Virus record (IMG/VR): IMGVR_UViG_2648501258_000001
Span: 33,613 to 97,612 of that record
Reading direction: 5' to 3' (one strand)
Origin: a virus
Taxonomy: Duplodnaviria > Caudoviricetes
DNA length: 64,000 nucleotides
This document shows, piece after piece, positions 8,941 through 17,785 of the stretch. Position 1 is the stretch's first letter. Every line of letters starts with the position of its first letter. A program made the translations under genes and the position numbers. The notes under the pieces were generated by a model that was not told the origin of the DNA, made no database searches, and worked only from the letters and a program-made list of their open reading frames with translations.

Positions 8941-9138
8941 TTATTTAAATTGAAGCAGCTCTTGCTCCAGTTCTCGAATCTTACCATCACCCTCCACTTT
9001 ACGCAAGAAGCGAATAGCATATTGTGAATTGGTCTCTTGAATGCCTTGACCTCCAAGGAGAATTCCAAGCTCGACACGTAGACGCTCAATATCAGAAGGC
9101 CGTAGAGTCTTCAAGGCTGTACGCAGAGAGGCATTCAT
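8941..9138 (-). CDS. Hypothetical protein
   Basis: Coupled ORF. Confidence 0.55.
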   Translation of the reverse strand: MNASLRTALKTLRPSDIERLRVELGILLGGQGIQETNSQYAIRFLRKVEGDGKIRELEQELLQFK

Positions 9139-9365
9139 TTCACCACCACAGCGTTAAAAAATGCATTAGTTGTCCTGTCGTAGTTGTATCGAATACCTGA
9201 CACGGTGCAATAGCTGGTAAGAATAACGCCATCTCGGTCGGTTCCAGTTGTAAACTCACCTCCAACTTTATAGCAAGCCGCCTTGGAAGCTTCAACTTCT
9301 TCCATACTGTAAGAGCAACCTACCAGAGCCAGGGATAAAACTGCGAGTGCAATCATCTTTTTCAT
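9135..9365 (-). CDS. Putative lipoprotein
   Basis: Signal peptide with LVGC lipobox. Confidence 0.7.
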   Translation of the reverse strand: MKKMIALAVLSLALVGCSYSMEEVEASKAACYKVGGEFTTGTDRDGVILTSYCTVSGIRYNYDRTTNAFFNAVVVK

Positions 9366-9583
9366 TGGAATCTCCCATTCTTATACTTCAAGATTTTGTG
9401 CATTCGCATACACTTGTATGTTTCGGTGTTAAGACTAGCATACCCTCCAGCCTTGTTGCAAGCTATTCTTACATCTTCTTGTTTATCCGTTGTACTTATC
9501 AGGATAAAATTGAACAGGATAAACCCTGTAAGCAGTTTGCACCATCCTGCGAGGCTTGTGGGAATGATCATATATGACTCCAT
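9362..9583 (-). CDS. Putative small membrane protein
   Basis: Hydrophobic segment then C.KAGG...C as in neighbour; 5' part overlaps upstream ORF. Confidence 0.4.
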   Translation of the reverse strand: MESYMIIPTSLAGWCKLLTGFILFNFILISTTDKQEDVRIACNKAGGYASLNTETYKCMRMHKILKYKNGRFQ

Positions 9584-9920
9584 CTATTACGGCAAGAGCA
9601 TGTCCACGAACAAACACCCAATATCTTCCGACAGGGTGAGCGGTGCAGAACTTCTCAAGTGAGATGCGCTTCTCTTTCGTGTAAGGACCAGCTCGCATTA
9701 TTGTCTTAGGGCATAGCCGCATTGCCATATCCCTTCCAGTTTTCGTAGGAACGCCCTTCCTGGGCTTACGCTTGAACTGTGTACGCATATGGTTATGAGC
9801 AGACTCATAGGAAGCAGCCCACACTGTAGCGAAGCTCACAACCATGCAGTCATTAGTCTCACGGTACTTCGCACGTATCTCCTTGTGTTGTTCCCAATTG
9901 TCTATCCAATCAGTGACCAT
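9483..9920 (-). CDS. Papain-like (Cys-His-Asp) peptidase-type phage protein
   Basis: NDCMVVSFA ... GHALAVIDGVIYD. Confidence 0.55.
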   Translation of the reverse strand: MVTDWIDNWEQHKEIRAKYRETNDCMVVSFATVWAASYESAHNHMRTQFKRKPRKGVPTKTGRDMAMRLCPKTIMRAGPYTKEKRISLEKFCTAHPVGRYWVFVRGHALAVIDGVIYDHSHKPRRMVQTAYRVYPVQFYPDKYNG

Positions 9921-10479
9921 AGTTGCACCCAATGTCAAACTGCATCTCATCAATGGTGACACGCTCAGCGTATCTTTCTGCGATGTGTTGGCAGATTGTA
10001 TCGGAGTATCCGGCAGAACGCAACTCTTCTGCGATAATTTGTGAACGATTGAACTTGAATGTTCTCCAAGCTGCGTGTGCAACCCCTACATTGTCGAATG
10101 TCCCGAGGTAGGTCGAGTCTGCATACGCCTTGTATCTTGTTCCGCTCCTGTTCATGGAAACACCGAGAGGTAGCTCAGACTTGTCCTTCTTTCTATTATC
10201 CTGCATCCAACCGTTTACACAGCGTGGCAGGAAGCAGCAATTCTCGGGAGAGTAAACAGAACCTCCGAAAAGGTCTTTATCTAGCTCGTTTCCTTCCCAC
10301 GCTTGACTCTCCATCCATGCCTTGAATGTACTGAATGTCAACCATTCTCTTGCAATTGGAGTACCAAGTCTCCTGTTTCTGTCCAGCATTCCTTTCCACG
10401 TACTGTAGAAGGGACAGATGATCCGCTTACCATCGTGTGTCTTGTATGTTGCATCATTTATTCCAATTCCGTATAACAA
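9910..10479 (-). CDS. HNH homing endonuclease with AP2-like C-terminus
   Basis: YGIGIND, W.GML.R, ELDKD..YSPENCCF....N, YLGTF...AH.AW. Confidence 0.85.
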   Translation of the reverse strand: MLYGIGINDATYKTHDGKRIICPFYSTWKGMLDRNRRLGTPIAREWLTFSTFKAWMESQAWEGNELDKDLFGGSVYSPENCCFLPRCVNGWMQDNRKKDKSELPLGVSMNRSGTRYKAYADSTYLGTFDNVGVAHAAWRTFKFNRSQIIAEELRSAGYSDTICQHIAERYAERVTIDEMQFDIGCNYGH

Positions 10480-10495
10480 GGGCTTCTCCTATGCT

Positions 10496-10774
10496 GATAG
10501 ATTCGTAGTGGAGGCAAACCTCTCCCAAGGCTCGCCATACAGACTATTGCCTGCCTTCGACGTGCCGTTGGGTTCACCTCCGTGCGTACTCATGCTGATG
10601 AGTTCGTGAGCGGGCAGCATGTGCTGCAAGCGGCTGAGAGCCTTCCTACATATAGTAGTCGTCGCCAGACTGTTCTCTCATTCAACCTCAGTTGCCCCTC
10701 TGGCAATCCTCTTCATGGGGCGTGTATCATCGAGCCGGTGAGGGAGGGCGTTGCCCCGACATGTCTCTCTCAAT
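10496..10774 (-). ncRNA. Multi-domain structured RNA, copy A
   Basis: Shares motifs and covarying helices with 47004-47294; starts just after promoter. Confidence 0.75.
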
Positions 10775-10782
10775 GCATGCGT

Positions 10783-10843
10783 ATTGTTGCACAGAAAATT
10801 AATTTGTCAATGGGGTTGACATGGTTCATAGAATCAGTAGAAT
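10783..10843. promoter_or_regulatory. Back-to-back divergent promoters
   Basis: Minus TTGACA-N16-AACAAT (10810-10783); plus TTGACA-N16-TAGAAT (10816-10843). Confidence 0.7.
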
Positions 10844-10879
10844 GGGCCACAACGGCTCAACTAGAAAAGGAGAAATACA

Positions 10880-11209
10880 ATGGCTTCTACTCACGTCACA
10901 TCTGGTCACAACACCTTGGAAATTACCGACTCGTTTGGTGACTCTGCCCAGTTTCAAATCGGTGCCACAGGCATCTATCTTGTGATTGGACACAAGCACG
11001 CCAACCCTGATCGTACCATTTCCATTGCTATCACCGAGGAATCTTCCATAGCGCTGCGAGATGCCCTTATTCGCTCCTTTCCATTGACAGCCTCCAAGCC
11101 GTCTGTCAAGGTCGATACTGTGGGCGAGCTGTCCAGCTTCGAAGTGGTTGGCGGGAGCGTCGTAATCAACGCTAGTGCTAATTCCACTGTAATCATTAAC
11201 AACAAATAA
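10880..11209 (+). CDS. Hypothetical protein
   Basis: AAGGAGA RBS, first gene after promoter. Confidence 0.7.
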   Translation: MASTHVTSGHNTLEITDSFGDSAQFQIGATGIYLVIGHKHANPDRTISIAITEESSIALRDALIRSFPLTASKPSVKVDTVGELSSFEVVGGSVVINASANSTVIINNK

Positions 11210-11220
11210 GGAGATTCAAA

Positions 11221-11619
11221 ATGACACATCAATACAAAGTAGGTGATCGCGTTAAACTGGTTACGAATGGTAGCTATCCCCACTACAAGCCAGGGATGGA
11301 AGGTACTGTAGTCGGCAAGTCCCGGCACGTAGGTGACGTAGTTGAGGTTGCTGTGGACGGGGATGCTAGATACCCAGAAGGCTTGAACTTCTATCTCCGT
11401 GAAATCACTCCACTCGTAACGGACGAACTCTCAGACGTTGGAATTTTCTTCCTTATCCGTCAAAAGAAAGACGATCCTTCAAAAGTGAAGGTTTGCTGGG
11501 CAGAGTCAACCGTGTCCCGGATGTTCACTAGTCGGGAACGTGCAGAGATTGTTGCTAATCGTCAAAATTTAAACTACCCGGAGTGGAACTACTTCGTTGT
11601 TGCAAAGGAGAGTGTATAA
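11221..11619 (+). CDS. Hypothetical protein, KOW/SH3-like N-terminus
   Basis: YKVGDRVKL; AAGGAG RBS. Confidence 0.7.
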   Translation: MTHQYKVGDRVKLVTNGSYPHYKPGMEGTVVGKSRHVGDVVEVAVDGDARYPEGLNFYLREITPLVTDELSDVGIFFLIRQKKDDPSKVKVCWAESTVSRMFTSRERAEIVANRQNLNYPEWNYFVVAKESV

Positions 11620-12752
11620 TGGTTGAACATACTGAACGTAAACTGGCACGTATCGTCCTGATCGACTCCCTGCACCCAATCGAAGGTGCTGACCGTATCG
11701 AACTAGCAATGGTTGGTGGCTGGCAGGTTGTTGTGCAGAAAGGCTTGTATGTTCCCGGCAGTAAGGCTGTCTACTTCGAAGTAGATTCGTTGCTTCCATT
11801 GGATCGCCCATGCTTTGCGTCTCTGTCGGGTATCAGCTCGAAGCTGCAATTCGTCATCGACGGCCACCAGTATGCTCGCATAAAGACCATGAAACTGCGT
11901 AAGCAGCTCTCTCAGGGCTTCTGTGTGCCTGCAAGCGAAGTGGTAGCCAGCCATTTGGATGTTGATACCGACATGACCAAAGCTCTCGGTGTGATCAAGT
12001 ATGAGAGTGCTGGCGAGAAAGGTATGAATGGTACTCCTGGCATGAAGACTGGTTCTTCTGTGCTTGGCTTCCCGAAATTTATCCCGAAGACTGATCAAAC
12101 TCGTTTGCAAAATATCCCTGTCCAGTTTGCACAGGCTCGGGACTCTGGTGAGCTGTTCGAGAAGACCTTCAAGCTTGATGGCTCTAGCCTCACTGCGTTC
12201 ATTAAGGACGGCACCCTGGGAGTTGCATCTCGTAACGTTGGATTCCGGGTCAAGGATGAAATAATCCCACTGGTCACTGCCGTTAAGAGATTCTTGCAGG
12301 GTAAAGGCTGGAAGCGTGTAATCAAGGCAGATGATAATGCTTTCATTCAAATGGCAGAGAAGGCTGGCCTGCTGTCTGTACTGTCTCGGAAAGAAGTGGG
12401 GCTAGGTAATATTGCAATTCAAGGTGAAATGGTCGGCCCTTCCATTCAGAAAAACTTTGAAGGTGTTGCAGAGAACGAGTTCTACTGCTACGATATTTAC
12501 TTGATTGATGAGCAGCGCTACATGCTCCCTAAAGAGCGTCAGGAATTCTGTAATAAGTATTACATCAGTCACGTTCCTCTGGCTTCTAACCACGCTGTGA
12601 CTCTGCCTGTGGATGTTGCATCTGCTATTGCTGACGCGGACGGTCCTAGCGGCCTGAAAGGTAAATACCGTGAAGGTTTTGTCTACAAGTCGATGACTCG
12701 TGACTTCTCGTTCAAGGTGATCAGTAACGCCTACTTGCTCAAGGAGGAATAA
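11619..12752 (+). CDS. RNA ligase, DRB0094/Rnl5 family
   Basis: RKLARIV..I..I.GADRIE N-domain, PKTDQTR, KLDGSS, QGEMVG, REGFVYK, SFKVISN.YLL. Confidence 0.9.
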   Translation: MVEHTERKLARIVLIDSLHPIEGADRIELAMVGGWQVVVQKGLYVPGSKAVYFEVDSLLPLDRPCFASLSGISSKLQFVIDGHQYARIKTMKLRKQLSQGFCVPASEVVASHLDVDTDMTKALGVIKYESAGEKGMNGTPGMKTGSSVLGFPKFIPKTDQTRLQNIPVQFAQARDSGELFEKTFKLDGSSLTAFIKDGTLGVASRNVGFRVKDEIIPLVTAVKRFLQGKGWKRVIKADDNAFIQMAEKAGLLSVLSRKEVGLGNIAIQGEMVGPSIQKNFEGVAENEFYCYDIYLIDEQRYMLPKERQEFCNKYYISHVPLASNHAVTLPVDVASAIADADGPSGLKGKYREGFVYKSMTRDFSFKVISNAYLLKEE

Positions 12753-12851
12753 ATGAGTAGTTTCTGTATGTTCAAGACATGCATACACTGCGGGACAGTG
12801 CAATACTACCAAGGCATCTGCACTCGTTGCGGTAAACATTGTTTGCGATGA
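12753..12851 (+). CDS. Tiny Zn-ribbon peptide (32 aa)
   Basis: AAGGAGG RBS; MSSFCMFKTCIHCG...CTRCGKHCLR. Confidence 0.55.
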   Translation: MSSFCMFKTCIHCGTVQYYQGICTRCGKHCLR

Positions 12852-12878
12852 ACTGATAGGCACAAAGAAGCCCAGCCG

Positions 12879-13202
12879 TCACCGACGCTGGGCTCTTAGT
12901 CTTTCTCGAAGATCATCCTGTTCTCTCTTAATCCTTTTCATATCATCATCCAACAAATCATATCGCTTATTCGCAACGAATTGGAGGGTGTTGATTTGCT
13001 CCTGCAAGTTGTTGACCTTCTGCTCATATTTCCTTTCAACAGATTCAATACGTCTATTGAAATCTTGCTTGGCTACTTCAAGTTCTACTTGGCTTGTTTT
13101 ATTATTGTAGGCGGGGAAAGCCAAGAGGCTAATGCAGACAAGGAGAGCAATAAGAAGAGCCCCGATAGCCGAAACCATCGACCAATCTTGTGTCCTTGTC
13201 AT
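12879..13202 (-). CDS. Membrane-anchored coiled-coil protein (lysis region)
   Basis: N-terminal TM, heptad C-terminus. Confidence 0.7.
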   Translation of the reverse strand: MTRTQDWSMVSAIGALLIALLVCISLLAFPAYNNKTSQVELEVAKQDFNRRIESVERKYEQKVNNLQEQINTLQFVANKRYDLLDDDMKRIKREQDDLRERLRAQRR

Positions 13203-13214
13203 AGTATGTTCCCC

Positions 13215-13511
13215 TTATTTCTTACTTGAAGTGGACTCCAACCTATCCATTAGACGCTCAAGCCACTTGTTAGTAACTTGTTGTTCGTTCTTGAGAGATG
13301 TGATCTTAGAATCCATTGAAGATTCTAGTCTATTGATTGCGGAGTTTAGTTTATCTTCTGTTACTGTAGTAGCTTGTAGTGTATAGATTCTATCGTCTAG
13401 TTTGCCAATCTGCGTCTGCTGGTATCCAACGACACCCACACAGATCATCAGTAGTGCTCCGGCAACATATCCTAGAACCGACTTGACCATACTGGTTGTT
13501 TCGTCGCTCAT
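13215..13511 (-). CDS. Membrane-anchored coiled-coil protein (lysis region)
   Basis: N-terminal TM, heptad C-terminus. Confidence 0.7.
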   Translation of the reverse strand: MSDETTSMVKSVLGYVAGALLMICVGVVGYQQTQIGKLDDRIYTLQATTVTEDKLNSAINRLESSMDSKITSLKNEQQVTNKWLERLMDRLESTSSKK

Positions 13512-14014
13512 TTAAGAAGTTCCTGTTTTAGTACGTTAAGGAATTCACTAAAGTCTTCTACGGTCGTATTTGATCGTCCAAGATTAGCGAAAGTTGAAGT
13601 AATCACTACATTCTCCCTAACGTAGCCTCTACTGTTGTCGAGTCTGTCCAATGAGGGTTTGAGCGGGTGCCTGTCAGGGAGCCCATTACTTTCATCCAGA
13701 GCAATACCTAGCCAATAACACTTCCCATTTTGAGATTCCCATATAGATTGTATATCTTCGACTGATATGGAGTGCTCTAGTTTTCGAGTATTTGCACTCG
13801 ATTTAGAACCTCTTTGCAGTCGAACAGTCCAGTGGAGCCTGTTTCTAGAAGCTATTGCAGATTGGTTTGCTTTTGCTCGTCGTGTAGCTCTGTACTCACG
13901 CGCATAGATTTTATTGCAATCCTTGCATCGGTAGTCCAGACCATCTTCATTGGAAGCTCTTTTACCAAAATCCTCTTTGGGTTTAGTCAGTTTGCATTTT
14001 GAACAAGCTTTCAT
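13508..14014 (-). CDS. HNH-type homing endonuclease
   Basis: CSKC..CKDC Zn finger, GKCYWLG, PSLDRLD..RGYVRENV....AN. Confidence 0.8.
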   Translation of the reverse strand: MKACSKCKLTKPKEDFGKRASNEDGLDYRCKDCNKIYAREYRATRRAKANQSAIASRNRLHWTVRLQRGSKSSANTRKLEHSISVEDIQSIWESQNGKCYWLGIALDESNGLPDRHPLKPSLDRLDNSRGYVRENVVITSTFANLGRSNTTVEDFSEFLNVLKQELLK

Positions 14015-14301
14015 TTGTATAACTTCTTCTGCTCTTCAATCCAAGTCTTTATTGACTCGATTCGAGTGTTACAGCGGTATACTTCATATGTGTTGACCAC
14101 GTAACCGTGAGCCAATGCACGAACAGTGTCTTCCTTAACACGCTCTGGTATGCACACTTGCAGAAGATTATCTGGAGGTGCAATAAGGATCGTCTTTGTT
14201 TCCACTACAGTATGCGTTGTCGAGCAAGCGCATAGTGTCAGGAGAAATACGGACGTCATCAGGGTATCTCTTAGGAGCCTCTGTAGGCTTCGTAGTGCCA
14301 T
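14011..14301 (-). CDS. o-spanin (Rz1-like lipoprotein)
   Basis: LTLCAC lipobox, Pro-rich APPDNLL..C, overlaps i-spanin. Confidence 0.75.
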   Translation of the reverse strand: MALRSLQRLLRDTLMTSVFLLTLCACSTTHTVVETKTILIAPPDNLLQVCIPERVKEDTVRALAHGYVVNTYEVYRCNTRIESIKTWIEEQKKLYK

Positions 14302-14611
14302 TTACTTCAATCTCCGGTAGGGTGATGTGGGGGATGGAGTTTAAAGCGTCCAGATCGCCTGTACGGGACTCGTTGAGGCTGTCTATAGCCTTCTGCGTGC
14401 CCTGTATCAAGGAAAGAGACGCTGCACAGCTTTCGCCTGCAACTCTCACAGCCTCTGCGTTGGCATTAGCCACACCTTGCAGCTGTGTAATACTACCTTC
14501 CGCTACAGCAACCTTCCCGATTAGATGGTATGTTGACCAACTCAGGGAGAGGGTTGCAATAAGAAGGACTGCAATAAGGTAATTCTTTATTGAATCAAAT
14601 ATGTTAAGCAC
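14168..14611 (-). CDS. i-spanin (Rz-like)
   Basis: N-terminal TM plus helical region, after holin. Confidence 0.75.
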   Translation of the reverse strand: MLNIFDSIKNYLIAVLLIATLSLSWSTYHLIGKVAVAEGSITQLQGVANANAEAVRVAGESCAASLSLIQGTQKAIDSLNESRTGDLDALNSIPHITLPEIEVNGTTKPTEAPKRYPDDVRISPDTMRLLDNAYCSGNKDDPYCTSR

Positions 14612-14822
14612 TCTCTTCTACCTTCTCGGGTTCGTCATCCACAACATCCGCTGTCATGTAGTACGCTAGTCCAGCTCGAATACACGCACATACTGTTGCG
14701 ATAGCTGCATAGGAACCGGGTGGAAGAAGAGGTTGCCATAACATCATCAAAGGCTCTGCTGCAAGGAATATCGCAGCTAGTGTCCCTAGAGCGAATCTAG
14801 TTCTACTCATCTTCTTTGACAT
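14604..14822 (-). CDS. Holin (class II, 2 TM)
   Basis: 72 aa, two TM segments, charged C-tail, MSKKM dual-start-like N-terminus. Confidence 0.7.
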   Translation of the reverse strand: MSKKMSRTRFALGTLAAIFLAAEPLMMLWQPLLPPGSYAAIATVCACIRAGLAYYMTADVVDDEPEKVEESA

Positions 14823-14838
14823 GTCAACCTCCGTCGTT

Positions 14839-15360
14839 TTATTTAAAGCTTGCGTAAGCCGCAGCTAGTTTAGTATCGTGTAGGAACTCTCTGAATTCCG
14901 ATTCAGTGCATTCTGATCTGCCCATGTTTGCAAAGGAAGATGAAAGCACAACGTTACCCTTGACATAACCTTTCGACGGGTCAATTCGATCAAGGGATGG
15001 TTTACTTGGATGCCTGTTCGACAGTGTAGAACTATCGCCAAGCTTGATCCCAAGCCAGTAACACCTACCTTCTTGTATGTGCCACAAGTATTTAAGGTGT
15101 TCCGCTGTGATTGCGTGTTCAAGGTTGCGAGCCTTGGCACTGCTCTTAGAGCCATAGATCAAATTATCAGCCCAATGACGAGCTTTATATCTACCTCGAC
15201 CACTGGCTCTCCGTGTATCAGCGTTCTTACCATAAGACTCTGCGTGCTTGACTTTGAAACAAGGCTTACAGTAATTTGCAAGCCCGTCCTTGGTTCTGGC
15301 ATTCTTCCCAAAGTTTTCATGAGCCAAAGATTCGCAACACTTTGGGCATCGCTTATACAA
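14839..15360 (-). CDS. HNH-type homing endonuclease, paralog of 13508-14014
   Basis: CPKC..CKPC, GRCYWLG, RHPSKPSLDRID..KGYVKGNV; start uncertain. Confidence 0.8.
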   Translation of the reverse strand: MYKRCPKCCESLAHENFGKNARTKDGLANYCKPCFKVKHAESYGKNADTRRASGRGRYKARHWADNLIYGSKSSAKARNLEHAITAEHLKYLWHIQEGRCYWLGIKLGDSSTLSNRHPSKPSLDRIDPSKGYVKGNVVLSSSFANMGRSECTESEFREFLHDTKLAAAYASFK

Positions 15361-15910
15361 AACTTGCATATGCTTCAGCCAAACGGGAATCGTAGTTGTT
15401 CTTAGCGTAGTCAGGCCCATTATACAGCCTAGCAAACTTAGCCCAGTCTTTTTGTTTGAGTGCTTGGTGCATTCCCGGATTGATCTTGATAAACTTCACA
15501 AATGTGTCAAGTTGTCCAGCTTCACTTTTGTATTGAACATTAATGAAGTCTTGGACGCTTGTATATCCAAGAGCCTTCCAGTGAAATCCCATGATCTGGA
15601 ACAATCCCCAAGAGGCGCTTTGAAGCGCACATTCTCTGTCTATTGCGACAGCAGTAGCTAGTCTCGCATGTTCTGCAACTCCACCCTTGTACCCCCCAGC
15701 CTTTGGATTACAAACTTCGTTAACTACAGGCTCCTTGCCTGTCTTAGCCTTCAACAGTTTATACATCCAATGACGTTCGAATAGGATTACAGGCTCACCA
15801 GAAGCAAGAAAGCCGCTCCCGCGACTCTCCACTTTGGTAACTGCTTGAACACATGCAACTTCAACTCCCAGCTCGATGGCCGCAGCTTTGTAGTCCTCTA
15901 GTGTCAGCAT
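15353..15910 (-). CDS. Endolysin, N-acetylmuramidase (DUF3380-type)
   Basis: AV.KVES.GSGF, ILFERH, SASWGLFQIMGFH, FARLYNGP.Y..N.YD. Confidence 0.92.
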   Translation of the reverse strand: MLTLEDYKAAAIELGVEVACVQAVTKVESRGSGFLASGEPVILFERHWMYKLLKAKTGKEPVVNEVCNPKAGGYKGGVAEHARLATAVAIDRECALQSASWGLFQIMGFHWKALGYTSVQDFINVQYKSEAGQLDTFVKFIKINPGMHQALKQKDWAKFARLYNGPDYAKNNYDSRLAEAYASFV

Positions 15911-15911
15911 G

Positions 15912-17384
15912 TTAAACTCCAATTGCCCACCAGCGGATAATCCCACCGATGTTAGTTGTATTACTTTCCCAGATTCTAGCTGTAAACCCACTGTTAGTCA
16001 GGTTAATGGCGTTGATTGAGCAAGCTTGCAGTCCGCCCTCTGTAGCTGTAACTGTGAACACCTGAGCAAAAGGAACCGCAAATGTGACAGGGTAGTCAGT
16101 AACTACAGCAATATCGTTGTGACCTGTGTTGCCCCACTGGAGCAAGAGTCCATTTGGAAGTCTAGAGCTTCCGTTTGCTGAAAGTACCGCAGTGAAGTCT
16201 AAAGATGTTGCCCCATAGACGTTCATTGTCGCAGCTGACCCTAGTCCGAGGTTGTTACGAGCTGCTTGGCTGTTGGTTAGATCAGACAAGTTGCTAGTAC
16301 GAGCTAGCCAAGTTGTACTCGGGTAGACTGCTGCATCTCCTAGCCCTAGGTTTGCTCTAGCGACTGCAATGTTTGCAATGCCTGCAAGGTTTGCAGATTT
16401 GAATAGAACATCCGCAGAAGGCGTAACAGCCATATCCGCAAGGCCAAGATTGGTTCTTGCAGCAGAAGGACTGGTCAGCTCTGAGAGATTATTACCTGTT
16501 TGCAAGAATGACCCAACAGATTGTGTAGCAATCGAACCAAGTCCGAGGTTGTTGCGTGCGACAGCCGCGTTTGTAATCTCGGCAAGGTTGTTGGTAGCCC
16601 GCAGGAACGACGTTGATGCCTGGGTTGCAATATCCCCTAGGCCAAGGTTAGAACGTGCCGTAGCGACGTTACCAAGCCCTGCAAGGTTCCCAGACTTCTT
16701 CAAGTACACTGTGCTGGCTTTCAACGGGGTGATAGCCTTAGTGTCATTTGTTCCGGTTTCAGTCTCTCCTACTGTAGCCAGAGAGATTTGACCAACAGTA
16801 GATTCTGTGGCAGACAACAGTAGGCTGCTCAATTGCCCCAACGGCACAGCATGGTTTGCACCAACAGCAGTTCCAACGTTAAACTGTTGGCTAGCATTTC
16901 CGTTCAATGCGGCAAAACGAAGGTCACTCTCTGACTTACTGTACACTGACAAGTTTGTACGAGCAGCTACTGGGTTTGTGATTCCAGATAGAGTTGCATA
17001 GTTATTCAAGTGAACTGTCAACTGGTTTTGAACAACAGCTACAGAGCCATAGACTTCGAATGCTCTAGCCCAGTAAGGAGAGTTAAGCGGGTTCACAGGG
17101 TTGAAGTTTGTGTTTGTTGCAACGCACTTATAGATTAAACCGTCAGACCCTTGAGTATAACTCAAGTTACCCTGGTACTCTGTCTCATTGTCCCACTCTG
17201 GAATACCATGTTGGTTAATGTGTGCAATAAATGTATCTTGTCTGTTATCGAGCCAGTTCTGGTATTGGTAAGGTGGAAGTTCAACCACCCAACCAATATT
17301 CAGCTTCTGTAGGCCCGGATCGACTTTAGTACCACCAGCAGCCCATAGTTGGTTAATGCCGGATGGTTTGACGATGTTAGCCAT
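15912..17384 (-). CDS. Tail fiber protein
   Basis: NNLSDL...ARNNLGLG repeats; C-terminal LPNGLLLQWG. Confidence 0.88.
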   Translation of the reverse strand: MANIVKPSGINQLWAAGGTKVDPGLQKLNIGWVVELPPYQYQNWLDNRQDTFIAHINQHGIPEWDNETEYQGNLSYTQGSDGLIYKCVATNTNFNPVNPLNSPYWARAFEVYGSVAVVQNQLTVHLNNYATLSGITNPVAARTNLSVYSKSESDLRFAALNGNASQQFNVGTAVGANHAVPLGQLSSLLLSATESTVGQISLATVGETETGTNDTKAITPLKASTVYLKKSGNLAGLGNVATARSNLGLGDIATQASTSFLRATNNLAEITNAAVARNNLGLGSIATQSVGSFLQTGNNLSELTSPSAARTNLGLADMAVTPSADVLFKSANLAGIANIAVARANLGLGDAAVYPSTTWLARTSNLSDLTNSQAARNNLGLGSAATMNVYGATSLDFTAVLSANGSSRLPNGLLLQWGNTGHNDIAVVTDYPVTFAVPFAQVFTVTATEGGLQACSINAINLTNSGFTARIWESNTTNIGGIIRWWAIGV

Positions 17385-17395
17385 GTTATGTCCTC

Positions 17396-17776
17396 TTAGA
17401 TTGTATCAGGAGCGATAGGACGGTGTTTATTGTCTGGGAACTTGGCATGGTCAGGCCATGCTCTCAGCGCCACACGATACTTACGCCAGTCACTTGGGAG
17501 TCCAACACCATCCCCATCCTCAGATTTCAATAGGGAGATATCAGCACGAGCGAGTTCAGTATTACGCCATTGTCTTTCTAGGTCTGGCAAGTCCGAGGCA
17601 GGAATAACAAAGTCTTTTAGGACAATCTTATTCCGCAGAACTGATAGCACTTTACCGTTATTTCTTGCTTCCAAAAGCTCTGCGTGATATTCATCAGACA
17701 GAGCAATCAGGTTCTTATCTTTAGGGTCTTCATCATACCAATCGAATCCCAGTGTTGTTTTGTTTAGAAAATTCAT
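17396..17776 (-). CDS. Tail fiber assembly chaperone
   Basis: ERQWRN.EL...D, WRKYRVALRAWP...FP....RP.AP. Confidence 0.85.
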   Translation of the reverse strand: MNFLNKTTLGFDWYDEDPKDKNLIALSDEYHAELLEARNNGKVLSVLRNKIVLKDFVIPASDLPDLERQWRNTELARADISLLKSEDGDGVGLPSDWRKYRVALRAWPDHAKFPDNKHRPIAPDTI

Positions 17777-17785
17777 GATTTCTCC

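Noticed and set aside
9910-10774. IscB/omega-RNA (HEARO) system from RNA plus adjacent HNH
   Set aside because: HNH is a short AP2-type enzyme with no RuvC or PLMP motif, and copy B has no adjacent nuclease
16240-16700. Repeats in the tail fiber as a diversity-generating element
   Set aside because: Ordinary NLGLG peptide repeats; no RT or adenine-specific repeat pair
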